From the IMG/VR virus record IMGVR_UViG_3300005347_000205, positions 8,510-72,509 of that record: a stretch of DNA of 64,000 nucleotides. The stretch is one strand, 5' to 3'. Numbering within the stretch: the first letter of the stretch is position 1; the number at the start of each line of letters is the position of its first letter. The notes under the pieces are model-generated. The model saw only the letters and a list, made by a program, of their open reading frames with translations. It was not told the DNA's origin and ran no database searches. The position numbers and the translations under genes are program-made. The stretch is from a virus. This document shows positions 46,400 to 55,727 of the stretch, piece by piece.

Positions 46400-47176
46400 T
46401 CAGTAAGGTTGGCCGTCGATGTAGATCGCCGCCTTGTTGTAGGTCGTATCGGCGAGGATCTCGACCGTGCAGGGAAGCTGCTGCCATTCGTCCGATTTCA
46501 GTTCGAAGTCGCCGTTCGGCCCGAGCCGGACATAGGGCATCAGGAAGTCGTTATTCTGACCGCTGGGGTTATCGGCCAGGAACCGCAGTGCCCCTTCGAC
46601 CTGGGTGGTGCCGGAGATGACCTGTTTGCGGTTCACGGCCGCACGGTCGTAGGTGACGTTGATCGTCGCACCATCGGCTATCGTGCCGCTCTCGACGATG
46701 AAGATGATGCCACGCGCTGCGTCGACCGTGTAATCGGTGCCGAGCGTCTTCGGGCTGCCGGAAACCTGAACCGTGACGTTGCTGATCGAGCGAACGCCGG
46801 TTTGATTGTTGGTCGTGACGCCGAGCTGATAGGCGAACCCTTTGGTCACGCTCGCGAAAGCTTCCGCCTGCGAGGTCGCCGAGGTCTGGGCAACAGTGGA
46901 CTGGGTACCGAAGAAGAACAGCGCCAGGTTGGCATTGTTGATATCGTCCATGGTGACGTTGCCGGAATAGTCGGTCTGCAGAATGACCGTCTTGTCCTTC
47001 ACCCGCACGCCGGACTCGGAGGAGAAGTGATCGAGCTTTTCCTGCGAGATGGTGAGGTTGAAGCTGGGCGTGTTTCCGATGTAGCGGAATCCCGAGGGCG
47101 TGTGCGTGCCCGAGTTGAACAGCGAGAAATACACCTTCCCGCGGCCGAGGGTCTGATTGCCAAGTTCAAGCGCCAT
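46400..47176 (-). CDS. Major tail tube protein
   Basis: LGRGKVYF, RYIGNTPSF, LDHFSS, GALRFLADNP.G, L.PNGDF.LK.DEW. Confidence 0.9.
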   Translation of the reverse strand: MALELGNQTLGRGKVYFSLFNSGTHTPSGFRYIGNTPSFNLTISQEKLDHFSSESGVRVKDKTVILQTDYSGNVTMDDINNANLALFFFGTQSTVAQTSATSQAEAFASVTKGFAYQLGVTTNNQTGVRSISNVTVQVSGSPKTLGTDYTVDAARGIIFIVESGTIADGATINVTYDRAAVNRKQVISGTTQVEGALRFLADNPSGQNNDFLMPYVRLGPNGDFELKSDEWQQLPCTVEILADTTYNKAAIYIDGQPY

Positions 47177-47201
47177 TTTATTTCAACCTCCAGATTGAAT
47201 T

Positions 47202-47216
47202 TCACTCCTATAGTGA
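47202..47216. promoter_or_regulatory. Palindromic operator
   Basis: TCACT-CCTAT-AGTGA. Confidence 0.65.
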
Positions 47217-47231
47217 AATTATGGGTAAATG

Positions 47232-47774
47232 TCACGCGTCGGGTGCAAGCGGATCATCGTAAATGGTCGGGACCACACTCAACCAGAAATAAGCTCGCGC
47301 CGATATGTCATCTGCCGGCCGCACCGAACCAGTGCCGATCCGCAACGCGGTGACCCGGCAGCCGCCGCGGCCGAGACCCAGAATGTCGCTGTCATGCTCG
47401 GCCGTCTTGCGTTTGACCTCGATCGCAAGACGGCGCTTTACGTCGCGCAGCAGGAAATATGCCGGATCAGTCGGGTGCTGGGGATCGTCCTTCACAAAAC
47501 CTTGCACTATCAACGGCCACTCATATTCCGATCTTGGGGTTTGCTGCGGTGGCTCGGACAGTTCGTCACCGGGAGCCGTACCTTCGAGCACACTCGTCAT
47601 CGGCAGGGGACTTTCCTCTCCGAACCACAGGCGACCGCGGTAAACGCGGGCGGTCATGACGCCGTCGCCGGGGACGAAGTCGCTCAGGTCGCTCACATAG
47701 CCGTTCGCCGGAGTGATGCTTTTCAGTGCATCAGTGATTGCGGACAGGACGCGCAGTTTGAACGGGTCACTCAC
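47232..47774 (-). CDS. Tail terminator/completion protein
   Basis: ITPANGY, VYRGR, HPTDPAY.L..DV. Confidence 0.8.
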   Translation of the reverse strand: MSDPFKLRVLSAITDALKSITPANGYVSDLSDFVPGDGVMTARVYRGRLWFGEESPLPMTSVLEGTAPGDELSEPPQQTPRSEYEWPLIVQGFVKDDPQHPTDPAYFLLRDVKRRLAIEVKRKTAEHDSDILGLGRGGCRVTALRIGTGSVRPADDISARAYFWLSVVPTIYDDPLAPDA

Positions 47775-48397
47775 AGGTCGAGCTCCAACAGTCTGGAAAA
47801 TTCACGAGAGAGGTAGTCGCCGGTGTCGCCGCTGATGTCCCCCGCAACGCCGGCGAAAACCTGGTCGATCGACGGACCGAACAAAAGATATGGCCCTCCC
47901 CTGCCCATCTGGACCATGCGCAGCTTGTTCGCGATGCGCTCACCAGCCTTCAGGCGGATAGCGAGACCGAGGTTCGATTTGGTCTCGACATTGCCGCTGC
48001 CGGCAGGCAACCGGATCAAGAAGGCGCGGCGCATGAATTTTGCGAAACCCGGCGCGACCTCGACTCTGACGCCGTTACGGCCACCGACGCTGCCACTGGT
48101 CGCGAAGCGTGCCAGCATGGTCGGACGCTGGCGACCGGTGATTACACCTTCGAGGTCCCCGCCCCGCGCCTTCTTGGTGATGCCGAGCCGCTGGCGGCCG
48201 GAGGAATCCTTGCCGGTGAGATAGGAAGCCGGGAAGGCAACCTGGTCGCGGACCAACCGGCGCGACCGGGCGGTTGCCCAGTCGAGCGTTCCATTGACGG
48301 CGCGCAAGGCAGCACGTTCGACCGAGCGCGGTATTTCATCCAGGCCGCGGAGATCCGACAAACCCTCGACCGCCACTATGTAGGGATCGTTATTCAT
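47771..48397 (-). CDS. Minor tail/neck protein (lambda Z-like)
   Basis: Basic; RPTMLARF, LLFGPSIDQVF. Confidence 0.75.
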   Translation of the reverse strand: MNNDPYIVAVEGLSDLRGLDEIPRSVERAALRAVNGTLDWATARSRRLVRDQVAFPASYLTGKDSSGRQRLGITKKARGGDLEGVITGRQRPTMLARFATSGSVGGRNGVRVEVAPGFAKFMRRAFLIRLPAGSGNVETKSNLGLAIRLKAGERIANKLRMVQMGRGGPYLLFGPSIDQVFAGVAGDISGDTGDYLSREFSRLLELDL

Positions 48398-48773
48398 CGG
48401 CGACCGGCAGGCCGTCGGCCTCGGTTGCCGTCAAGGGTATGACGCGCGCGCTCTGAAACTCGTCGTCAGCCGGATAAACGTGATCAATGCGGTACGCCTC
48501 GCCCGCGGCCACTGATACGATCGCGTTGCGGCGCAGATCGGCGGCAAAGTCTGGACGGTAAAAGCGAATGCGGTCCTCGGGCTCAACGCTTTCGGCGGAG
48601 CCCTGATAGCTGGCAAGTTGTCCGCCCATGACAGGCTGCCCCTTGTGCCATATCCGCACGGTGCATGGCACCGGAGTCACAGCGAGCGCTGGGATATAAA
48701 GCGCCGGGACGCACATCTCGCGATGTAGGTCCCGGCGCGCACGCCGCTTCTGTTCCCGGAAGCGGTTCATCAA
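48390..48773 (-). CDS. Head-tail joining protein
   Basis: KRRARRDLHREM; position after capsid. Confidence 0.75.
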   Translation of the reverse strand: MMNRFREQKRRARRDLHREMCVPALYIPALAVTPVPCTVRIWHKGQPVMGGQLASYQGSAESVEPEDRIRFYRPDFAADLRRNAIVSVAAGEAYRIDHVYPADDEFQSARVIPLTATEADGLPVADE

Positions 48774-49076
48774 TCAGTTGAGCGGATCATCGCTGGGGGT
48801 TGGTCCCGGCTCATCGTCATCGTCATCGGGGTCGATGCCCAGCTTGAACAGGCGTGCCTCGGTCTTCGACAGTTCGACCGCCGCGCCGCAGTCGACAAGG
48901 AAGCGACGCTCATCTTCGGTAATCGGCGTGAAAACCGAGTCCGGAGGCGCGGTCTGGTCGTTGCCATAAACGATCATGTGCACTGCCTTGAGCGGCTTGA
49001 CGCCGGCCTGCTGTTCCACCTCAATCCGGGGCTCGTCCTTCTTGAAGACGGGCTCTTCCTTAACCTTGCGAGTCAT
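48774..49076 (-). CDS. Hypothetical head-region protein
   Basis: 100 aa, acidic tail ending SDDPLN. Confidence 0.7.
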   Translation of the reverse strand: MTRKVKEEPVFKKDEPRIEVEQQAGVKPLKAVHMIVYGNDQTAPPDSVFTPITEDERRFLVDCGAAVELSKTEARLFKLGIDPDDDDDEPGPTPSDDPLN

Positions 49077-49080
49077 ATAT

Positions 49081-49095
49081 TCACCTTATTGTTGA
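49081..49095. promoter_or_regulatory. Palindromic operator
   Basis: TCACC-TTATT-GTTGA. Confidence 0.65.
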
Positions 49096-49133
49096 AACCA
49101 CGGGCACGGTCCGCCCGTGTTTCCGGGTTCGGT

Positions 49134-50249
49134 TTAGGCGACCGTTGCCTTGAGCGTTGCGTTCGGGTTGATCGGGACGAACAGCGGTGCAGATTCGATC
49201 GAGATATTCTCGACCTTCGTGCGGGTGCCCGTCTCGAAATTCTTGGGGAACATCGGGATCGCCTCGTAACCGGCATCCTTGTCGACGATCATGCCGAAGC
49301 AGGAGTAACCCTGGATCGCATCGACGGTCGACGTGAAGATCACGTCGCTGGTGCCAATATAACGCGTCTTGGTCAGAGCGCCCGTGGTCGTGTTCTTCAC
49401 GTCATAGGTCTCGTCGTTCTGCCAGAGCTCGATCGAGGCGCCGGAAGCTCCGCCGATCTGCATTTCGCCGAACTTGAAACGCTTGCCGTTGCCGCGGGCC
49501 CCCGGTCCCGTGACCGGTCCACGATCGACGGTGATCACGGCGCCACGGATGTTGACATCCATGTGCTCCAAGATCTCGGCATCCTTGCGCAGGATCTTCG
49601 CCGCATTACCGCCCATCTCCGCACGCACCGGCATGCCGCCGAAGTCAGCGTTGGTCATGGTGTCGATCACGAGCTGGAAGAAGTCGAAGATCGAGACGCC
49701 CGAGTCACCCCAGCGGTTGCCCGAAGTCAGGGTGATCGTATTGCCGGCGTCGCGCTGGAAGTCGACCGTGACCGACTGGCCATCGACATAGTTGAGCGTC
49801 ACTGCACCGTCGGAGATGGCGCGACACCGCATCCACTCCCAACGGCGACGCATGGCGTCCTGAAACTCGGCGACCATTGCGGCCTTAATCAGCTGAAGGC
49901 GCTGCATCGGGCTGAGCTTGTTCATCTCGGGATGAAGCATGGACGCGTCCATGCCGGGCTGCATCGTCAGCGGACGGAGAGGATCGACCGCATCCTCGAC
50001 CACTGAGTTGGCCGGCTTGAAGCGGTAACCTTTCACCTTGTCGGTGAAAACGCCATGACCGCGGCCACCGGGCTTCACCAGCGGCGCGAGCTGACGGCTG
50101 CGGACAGGCAGCTTCTCGAAGTCGATCCACTCATCAGTGGAGAGGAAGACGTTCGGGAAATAGTCAGCGAACGCCCAGTCTTCGGGGCGGGTGTCGCGGA
50201 AGACACCGAGGAGCTTGCGGGTCGTCCACAGCTCATAGGGATTTGCCAT
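49134..50249 (-). CDS. Major capsid protein (lambda gpE family)
   Basis: LAPLVKP, FKPA, RRWEWM, VDFQRD, ESAPLFVP..PNA. Confidence 0.92.
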   Translation of the reverse strand: MANPYELWTTRKLLGVFRDTRPEDWAFADYFPNVFLSTDEWIDFEKLPVRSRQLAPLVKPGGRGHGVFTDKVKGYRFKPANSVVEDAVDPLRPLTMQPGMDASMLHPEMNKLSPMQRLQLIKAAMVAEFQDAMRRRWEWMRCRAISDGAVTLNYVDGQSVTVDFQRDAGNTITLTSGNRWGDSGVSIFDFFQLVIDTMTNADFGGMPVRAEMGGNAAKILRKDAEILEHMDVNIRGAVITVDRGPVTGPGARGNGKRFKFGEMQIGGASGASIELWQNDETYDVKNTTTGALTKTRYIGTSDVIFTSTVDAIQGYSCFGMIVDKDAGYEAIPMFPKNFETGTRTKVENISIESAPLFVPINPNATLKATVA

Positions 50250-50282
50250 TTCAGAAGTTCCTTATGTCGGAGCGGTGGAAGG

Positions 50283-50756
50283 TCAGCCGGCAACCAGGCG
50301 ACGGCGGAAGAGCAGATCAGGATTGCCCTGGTAGACAGGCAGTCCGGCCCAGGTGGTCTTCTTCGCAATGGTGTCGAAGGAGGTATCCCAGACCAGCGGG
50401 CTGTCGGTACCGGCGTCGTCGGAGCCAACGTTGAAGTTGCCTGCCATCCAGACTTCGCCGAAGACGGTGGTGTTGGATGTGCTCGACGTAGCAGCGTGGA
50501 CGAGGACGCCCACTGGGATGACACCGCTCGACACGGTCGCATTGTAGACCGCCTTCACCAACTTCTTGTTGGCGTCCAGGCCGACGACGGTAAACGCCGC
50601 CAGTGTCTGAGAGTCCGCCAGCAGCAGGCGGATCGAGCGACCGATCGCCGGCTCGGCGCCGGCAACGAGGTTCGCGTCGATGAACGTGTCCATCACCTCG
50701 AAGGCAGCAACGCCGCGGACCGACGCATTTTGATAGGAAACGGGAATATTCGCCAT
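50283..50756 (-). CDS. Head decoration protein (gpD-like)
   Basis: Between protease and capsid; VWMAGNFN..LVW. Confidence 0.8.
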   Translation of the reverse strand: MANIPVSYQNASVRGVAAFEVMDTFIDANLVAGAEPAIGRSIRLLLADSQTLAAFTVVGLDANKKLVKAVYNATVSSGVIPVGVLVHAATSSTSNTTVFGEVWMAGNFNVGSDDAGTDSPLVWDTSFDTIAKKTTWAGLPVYQGNPDLLFRRRLVAG

Positions 50757-50768
50757 GGGACTGTCTCC

Positions 50769-51227
50769 TTACTTGGCAGTCAGGGCGGCGAAGCCCTTGA
50801 TGCCTACCCGAGCAGCGAGAGCAACAACTTCACTGCCGTCGTCCTCGTCATCGCCATCACCCTCGCCGGTCGTGGTGGCACCGACGTTCGGCTGCGCGCC
50901 GTTGTCCATTGCCTCGGCGAAACTGGTTGGCTGCTGCTTGCCCTGCGGCTTTTCGGACGCCGGGGCTTGTGCGGCAGGCGCGGCGGCGAGAGCTGCAATC
51001 GCATCCTCGGCGCTCTGACCGGTCTTGAAAGCGAAGTGCTGCGCAAGCGAATCGCGACCCTTGGCCTCCTCGGAACCGAGGATCGCACCGATGCGCGTCC
51101 GTTCGGCGGTGGCACCTTCGGTCAGACCCTCGGTCCGGCCGGCGGTGTGACCCGCGACGCGACCTTCTTCGCGCGCGGCATCGACGGCGGCCTGATCGAC
51201 CGCCGACGTATTGGCAGGCTCTGCCAT
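50769..51227 (-). CDS. Nested scaffolding protein (Nu3-like), in-frame internal start
   Basis: GGAGACGAGAAT-ATG at 51227 (MAEPANTS), AERTRIGAIL; same architecture as lambda C/Nu3. Confidence 0.6.
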   Translation of the reverse strand: MAEPANTSAVDQAAVDAAREEGRVAGHTAGRTEGLTEGATAERTRIGAILGSEEAKGRDSLAQHFAFKTGQSAEDAIAALAAAPAAQAPASEKPQGKQQPTSFAEAMDNGAQPNVGATTTGEGDGDDEDDGSEVVALAARVGIKGFAALTAK

Positions 51228-52142
51228 ATTCTCGTCTCCATTGTTGTCGGACTGGTCGTCCAGGAAGCCCGCGAACGCGGACATGGCGTCTTCCAGGCTG
51301 CCGATCGTGTCGGCGAGCCCATTGGACACGGCTTGGGTGGCGGTGTAGCAATATGCCTTCAAGTCGCTTCGGATTACCTCTTCCGAGAGACTGCGGCTCT
51401 GCGACACGGCGGCCACGAAAATAGAATAGAGTTCATCGACGCGCGCCTGGATGCGCGCCTTCGCTTCAGGCGACAGGGCCTCGTAAGGGTTGCCCTCGAC
51501 CTTGGAGGCGTCGCTGGCGATGAAGGTGATCTGGAGCCCAAGCCGGTCCATCATGCCAGCGGCGTTCATGTGGCTCGTCACCACGCCGATCGAGCCGACG
51601 CCGCCGGTGCGGCTAACGTGAACCTGCCCCGGATCGGCAACGGTTATGATCGCGTACCCGGCAGAATAGGCGGACTCATGCGCGAAGCCCGCAACGGGAA
51701 CGCCAGTTTCCTCCTTGAGCGCTACCATCTTGTCGCGCGCGTCGAAGCAGCCTGCGACCATGCCGCCTGGCGTGTCGCAGATTAAGGCGATCCCCCTGAT
51801 CTGGCCGATAGCAAAATCGGCGCAACCGCGCTTAAATGCCTGCCAGATATATTCGTATCCGGTCGCCCAGTCGAACAGGGCGTAGGGGAAGTTGTGCAGC
51901 AGTACACCCTTGACCGGGATATGGAGAATTCCGTCCTTGACCACATACGGTCGCAACTGATGCGCCCAGCTCCCCGAATCCTCGGTCGGCCAGAATTGAT
52001 CGCTGCTGCCAGCGGCTGCCTGCGCCTCCGCGAGCATGGGATGCGCCGCGGCCTGGGCAAGACACATCTCGAACCGCTCGCGCAGCGTCGGTTCGACCAG
52101 GGCTGGTCCGCCTGCAAACTGTGCGATCAGCGGATTGCTCAC
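50769..52142 (-). CDS. S49 prohead protease (gpC) with C-terminal scaffold
   Basis: DTPGG, AYSAGYAI, GVGSIGV, KVEGNPYE. Confidence 0.92.
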   Translation of the reverse strand: MSNPLIAQFAGGPALVEPTLRERFEMCLAQAAAHPMLAEAQAAAGSSDQFWPTEDSGSWAHQLRPYVVKDGILHIPVKGVLLHNFPYALFDWATGYEYIWQAFKRGCADFAIGQIRGIALICDTPGGMVAGCFDARDKMVALKEETGVPVAGFAHESAYSAGYAIITVADPGQVHVSRTGGVGSIGVVTSHMNAAGMMDRLGLQITFIASDASKVEGNPYEALSPEAKARIQARVDELYSIFVAAVSQSRSLSEEVIRSDLKAYCYTATQAVSNGLADTIGSLEDAMSAFAGFLDDQSDNNGDENMAEPANTSAVDQAAVDAAREEGRVAGHTAGRTEGLTEGATAERTRIGAILGSEEAKGRDSLAQHFAFKTGQSAEDAIAALAAAPAAQAPASEKPQGKQQPTSFAEAMDNGAQPNVGATTTGEGDGDDEDDGSEVVALAARVGIKGFAALTAK

Positions 52143-53845
52143 TTGTCACCTCCGTCCGGCGTGGTCGCATCGGCGATAGCCTTGAGCGCGCTGGGATCTG
52201 TCGCCGAGAAGGTCAGGCCGAGTTCCTCGCGCTTCTTTTTCTCGCGGGCGAGCTGACGATAGACTTTGCGCCAGTCCTTACCGAGACGTGCGAGTTCATC
52301 TTCGGCGGTAGACAGGCCACTTTCGATGCGCAGGACGGCCGCCTGGGTTTCTTTGAGTTCGTCGATCTGGCCGCGCGAGGCGCCGATCCACTCGCAGCGC
52401 GACAGCGCATCGAACGCGAGGCTGAGGCGACCGCCGAAATAGATAAGACCGGCAGCCTTGCGCGCGGGGAGCGATGTGATCTCGTTCTTGTTGATCGCCT
52501 CTTCGAGCCACAGCCTGAAACAGATCGTGGCGAAGCGATCGGCGATCAGCTTCTTGCGCGCCTGCATGAACTTCCAGGTCTCGGTCATCGCGGCGCGCGC
52601 GGAGCTGTAATTGGTGTGGGTATAGTCCCTGCTGAGCTGCTCGTAGCTGACGCCCATCGTCGCCGCGATGTAGCGAAGTAGGGATTGCTCGAATTCGGTG
52701 CCTAGCGGACCGGTGTTCGCGGCAGACTGTAATTCCAGCTTCTCGCCGGGGAACAGGCGCGGTATACGCACGCCATCAATCGCGATACCCTTGTTGCCGA
52801 CATATTTTCCGACCGAGCTCAGATACCCCTCGGCATAATTGGTGATCGCCGCAGCGGCAGCCTCTGCCGAATCACCGGCGCCCATGCGGGTCATGATGTC
52901 GGCCATGGGGAGGTCTGAGGTGATCGCGGCAGCATAAATCGCCTGCGAAACAGCGTGCTGGACGGTGATGTCGCGCCACGTATGCGTGATCTTCATCGCC
53001 TTGAGCGCGGCGGCCATCTGGGTGATGCCGCGCGACTGGTCGGGACGGGTCTGCTCGAACAGGTGAATGACCTGGAGCCGCCCCCATGGCTTGCGCTTGG
53101 GGATCGGCTTCCAGGTCGGAAGGTCGAAACTCAACGGGCCGATATCGTTCGGATGTGCCGATCGGATGAAATAAGTTTGCGGGGCACCGCGGAAATTATA
53201 CTGAATACCGGCACGCTGGTTCGGAAGCTGTTGAAACGGCAGGATGCGATCCTCGGGATCGGACAGTCGGTCGAGATCAACCATCTGGACCGAGGTGCTG
53301 AATGGTGCTCCGTCGTCCTTTATCCACTCGACCGCGGCGAGCACCTCTCCCGCCATGAGATCGATGCCGACGGCCATGCGGACCAGCGAGGTTAGATTGT
53401 TGGTGCGCGACGCGTCGATCCAGTTGTCGGCAGAGTCAGCGTATAGTTCCCACTTCTCCTCGACCTCCTCCTGGAACTCCTCCTCCCAGGCATCATCCTG
53501 CTTGCCACGCACGATACGGCTAGAAGGCCGGCAATTGAGCAGGAAGTGTGAGCCGACGATGTTGTCCTTGTGCAGGTTTGACCCGCCCTGGACGAACGCA
53601 TCATTGCGGAGCATCCCGCGCGAGCGCGCATCGATGATCGGCTTTTCGGGCAGAATGTCGGCGTCGACCGACTGGAGCGGCTCGGACCAGAGAGCGATGC
53701 TGCTGTTCAGCTTGTCCGCCCCCTCGAAGGGACCCATGGCGCGTTCGCCCCCGGCACCGGCGGGGACCGTCACCGTCGCCGGGGGCTCTGCAGGCGTGGA
53801 CAGGGGATGACCCACGCCCAGCATTTCCTCGAATGTCGCGCTCAC
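52139..53845 (-). CDS. Portal protein (lambda family)
   Basis: RSRGMLRND, VIHLFEQTRPDQSRGI, GVSYEQLSRDY..NYSSARA, IDELKE. Confidence 0.95.
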   Translation of the reverse strand: MSATFEEMLGVGHPLSTPAEPPATVTVPAGAGGERAMGPFEGADKLNSSIALWSEPLQSVDADILPEKPIIDARSRGMLRNDAFVQGGSNLHKDNIVGSHFLLNCRPSSRIVRGKQDDAWEEEFQEEVEEKWELYADSADNWIDASRTNNLTSLVRMAVGIDLMAGEVLAAVEWIKDDGAPFSTSVQMVDLDRLSDPEDRILPFQQLPNQRAGIQYNFRGAPQTYFIRSAHPNDIGPLSFDLPTWKPIPKRKPWGRLQVIHLFEQTRPDQSRGITQMAAALKAMKITHTWRDITVQHAVSQAIYAAAITSDLPMADIMTRMGAGDSAEAAAAAITNYAEGYLSSVGKYVGNKGIAIDGVRIPRLFPGEKLELQSAANTGPLGTEFEQSLLRYIAATMGVSYEQLSRDYTHTNYSSARAAMTETWKFMQARKKLIADRFATICFRLWLEEAINKNEITSLPARKAAGLIYFGGRLSLAFDALSRCEWIGASRGQIDELKETQAAVLRIESGLSTAEDELARLGKDWRKVYRQLAREKKKREELGLTFSATDPSALKAIADATTPDGGDK

Positions 53846-54054
53846 AGGAAGAACGGCCTCATCGGGCCGGAGCAGATCGGAGCCTCGGCAATCCGGAGTT
53901 CGAGATCCGCGATATAGGACGCCAGCGCCTGACGGTTGGCGCTGCTGTAGCGAACACGCTCACCATTACCGTCGACAAGCTCGACCACGGCTTTCCCGAT
54001 AACCAGATCGTGATAAGCCGACTTAGCTTCGTCGAGCTGCTGCTGAAGGGTCAT
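53842..54054 (-). CDS. Head-tail joining protein gpW
   Basis: AYHDLVIG..V...DGNGERVRYS.AN...L..YI. Confidence 0.88.
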   Translation of the reverse strand: MTLQQQLDEAKSAYHDLVIGKAVVELVDGNGERVRYSSANRQALASYIADLELRIAEAPICSGPMRPFFL

Positions 54055-54193
54055 GCAGCCCGTATCGCACGTTTATAGTGAAATTACAACTTGTCGTTGA
54101 ATGTTGACAAGTTTCCATTTATTCGTTGCACGACGACTCGACTATGTCTCGTGACAGAGGCGTCGTGCCGGGGCCTGCGGGGTGGCGGGAGGG

Positions 54194-55333
54194 TTAGGGG
54201 GCCGCAACAACCTTTACCGGCCTTTCTGCGCCAAGCATCCGCATCCGCAGCCAGTCCCGTGCCCTCTTTTCGATCAGATCGAACGAAGCATATCCGAACA
54301 GGCACATGGCGATCAGATAGGCGATGAAGAAACCGTTCGTCAGCACGATATCAACCGACCAAAGCCCCGCCGCAGCGCCGGCCAGGAACAGCATCTGCAA
54401 TGGGCTATGCCATAGATAAGTTGAATAAGTCAGATCGCCCACGGCGCGGAAACGCTTATAGGCCAGTCCAATCCGCTCAGACAGCGCGAGCGCGAGCAAC
54501 ACCGGCGCGAACAATCCGAGCAGGGTGAAGGTCAGCGGCAGCTTGGCGAGCATCCCCATGGCGAACGCCCCCGCCCAGGCCACAAGGCTGATCAGGCTCG
54601 CAATCAGCGCCCATCGGTAGCGTGGCGCCGGGATCATCGAGAACGCCGCGTAGAGGGTTGCCCCAGCGAAGAAGTAGGCGCCGCAAAGGATAACGCTGAT
54701 TCGGAAGACCATAAACAGCGCGAGGAACGCCAGCGCCAGCAATCCCGAGCTAAGCAGGCTCGAAAAACCGGCCCGGATGTAGAGCCAGAACAGGACATAG
54801 ATCAGGATTTCCGCCGACACCGACCAGATCGGCCCGTTGAAGCTGTTTCCTTCCGACAGGCCCCATTCCGACGCCATGAAAAGGTTCAGGACGAAGTGCC
54901 AGGCATCGTTGATCTGATAGATCAGATAGTGCCCGAACGCGCCCATGCTGGCCCATTGGATCGCCGCGACGAGCAGCAGCGTCAGGAAGTGTAGCGGATA
55001 GAGACGGGCGAAGCGGATGGCGAAAAACTCCCATCCGGTGACGGACTTTCCGGCATAGACGTGCATGAACACAAAACCGCTGATCATCCAGAACATCATG
55101 ACCGCAAGCGCGCCGTGCGTGCGGATGTAGCCGAGCGACCAGTAGAGAGACACCTCGCTCAACCGCTCCGGTGGCAGGCTGATAGTGCCGTTGCCCATCG
55201 TGAAATGGCCGTAGTGGAAGACGAGGATCGCGATGGCTGACAGGCCGCGCAGCATGTCGATCGAGTGGAAGATTCCGCCCGTGCCGACGATTGGGTGTGT
55301 CAGCGCCGTGCTGATATTGGACAATATCCCCAT
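54194..55333 (-). CDS. Acyltransferase-3 family (O-antigen/polysaccharide acetylase, OafA-like)
   Basis: IDMLRGLSA.A.LVFH, FWMISGFV, RFARLYPLH, WSVSAE, GDLTYSTYLWH; about 10 TMs; start uncertain. Confidence 0.9.
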   Translation of the reverse strand: MGILSNISTALTHPIVGTGGIFHSIDMLRGLSAIAILVFHYGHFTMGNGTISLPPERLSEVSLYWSLGYIRTHGALAVMMFWMISGFVFMHVYAGKSVTGWEFFAIRFARLYPLHFLTLLLVAAIQWASMGAFGHYLIYQINDAWHFVLNLFMASEWGLSEGNSFNGPIWSVSAEILIYVLFWLYIRAGFSSLLSSGLLALAFLALFMVFRISVILCGAYFFAGATLYAAFSMIPAPRYRWALIASLISLVAWAGAFAMGMLAKLPLTFTLLGLFAPVLLALALSERIGLAYKRFRAVGDLTYSTYLWHSPLQMLFLAGAAAGLWSVDIVLTNGFFIAYLIAMCLFGYASFDLIEKRARDWLRMRMLGAERPVKVVAAP

Positions 55334-55388
55334 GAGTCGCGCATAACCGGAGCTTCCCGTTTTCGCCAGATGGGTATATCGTCTCGGC

Positions 55389-55559
55389 ATGGAGCAGAAT
55401 ATCCTAATCCTGGCTGGCGCCTTCATCCTGATTTTTACGGCAAGGAGCTGGATCGCCGTCAGCAAGATACCGCATGGGACATGCAACCGCTGCAAATGGG
55501 CAGAGGCGAACGCAACCGGCTATATCTGTGATGAGTGCGCTGACGCCGAAGCGTGGTGA
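55389..55559 (+). CDS. Small TM + CxxC..CxxC protein
   Basis: MEQNILILAGAFILIF..CNRC..CDEC. Confidence 0.45.
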   Translation: MEQNILILAGAFILIFTARSWIAVSKIPHGTCNRCKWAEANATGYICDECADAEAW

Positions 55560-55577
55560 TCGGTCCGGGAGGGTAAC

Positions 55578-55703
55578 ATGGTTGCACAGATAAAGGATTG
55601 GCTTCGGAGCCTGTGGACCGTCTTAATCAGCGCTCCGCCGCCGGAATGTTCATGCCGTAACTATGTGTGTAGCTGCGACCTTGTAGACCAGCTTGGGCCT
55701 TAG
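55578..55703 (+). CDS. Small Cys-rich peptide
   Basis: GGAGGG RBS; MVAQIKDWLRSLW..CSCRNYVCSC. Confidence 0.4.
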   Translation: MVAQIKDWLRSLWTVLISAPPPECSCRNYVCSCDLVDQLGP

Positions 55704-55727
55704 TCACCCTTCCAGGGGAGGTTGTGA

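Noticed and set aside
50055-51785. 576-aa plus-strand ORF and other long antisense ORFs (e.g. 48978..50006, 46364..47353, 33599..34483)
   Set aside because: Shadow ORFs opposite well-supported structural genes in high-GC DNA; no recognisable motifs.
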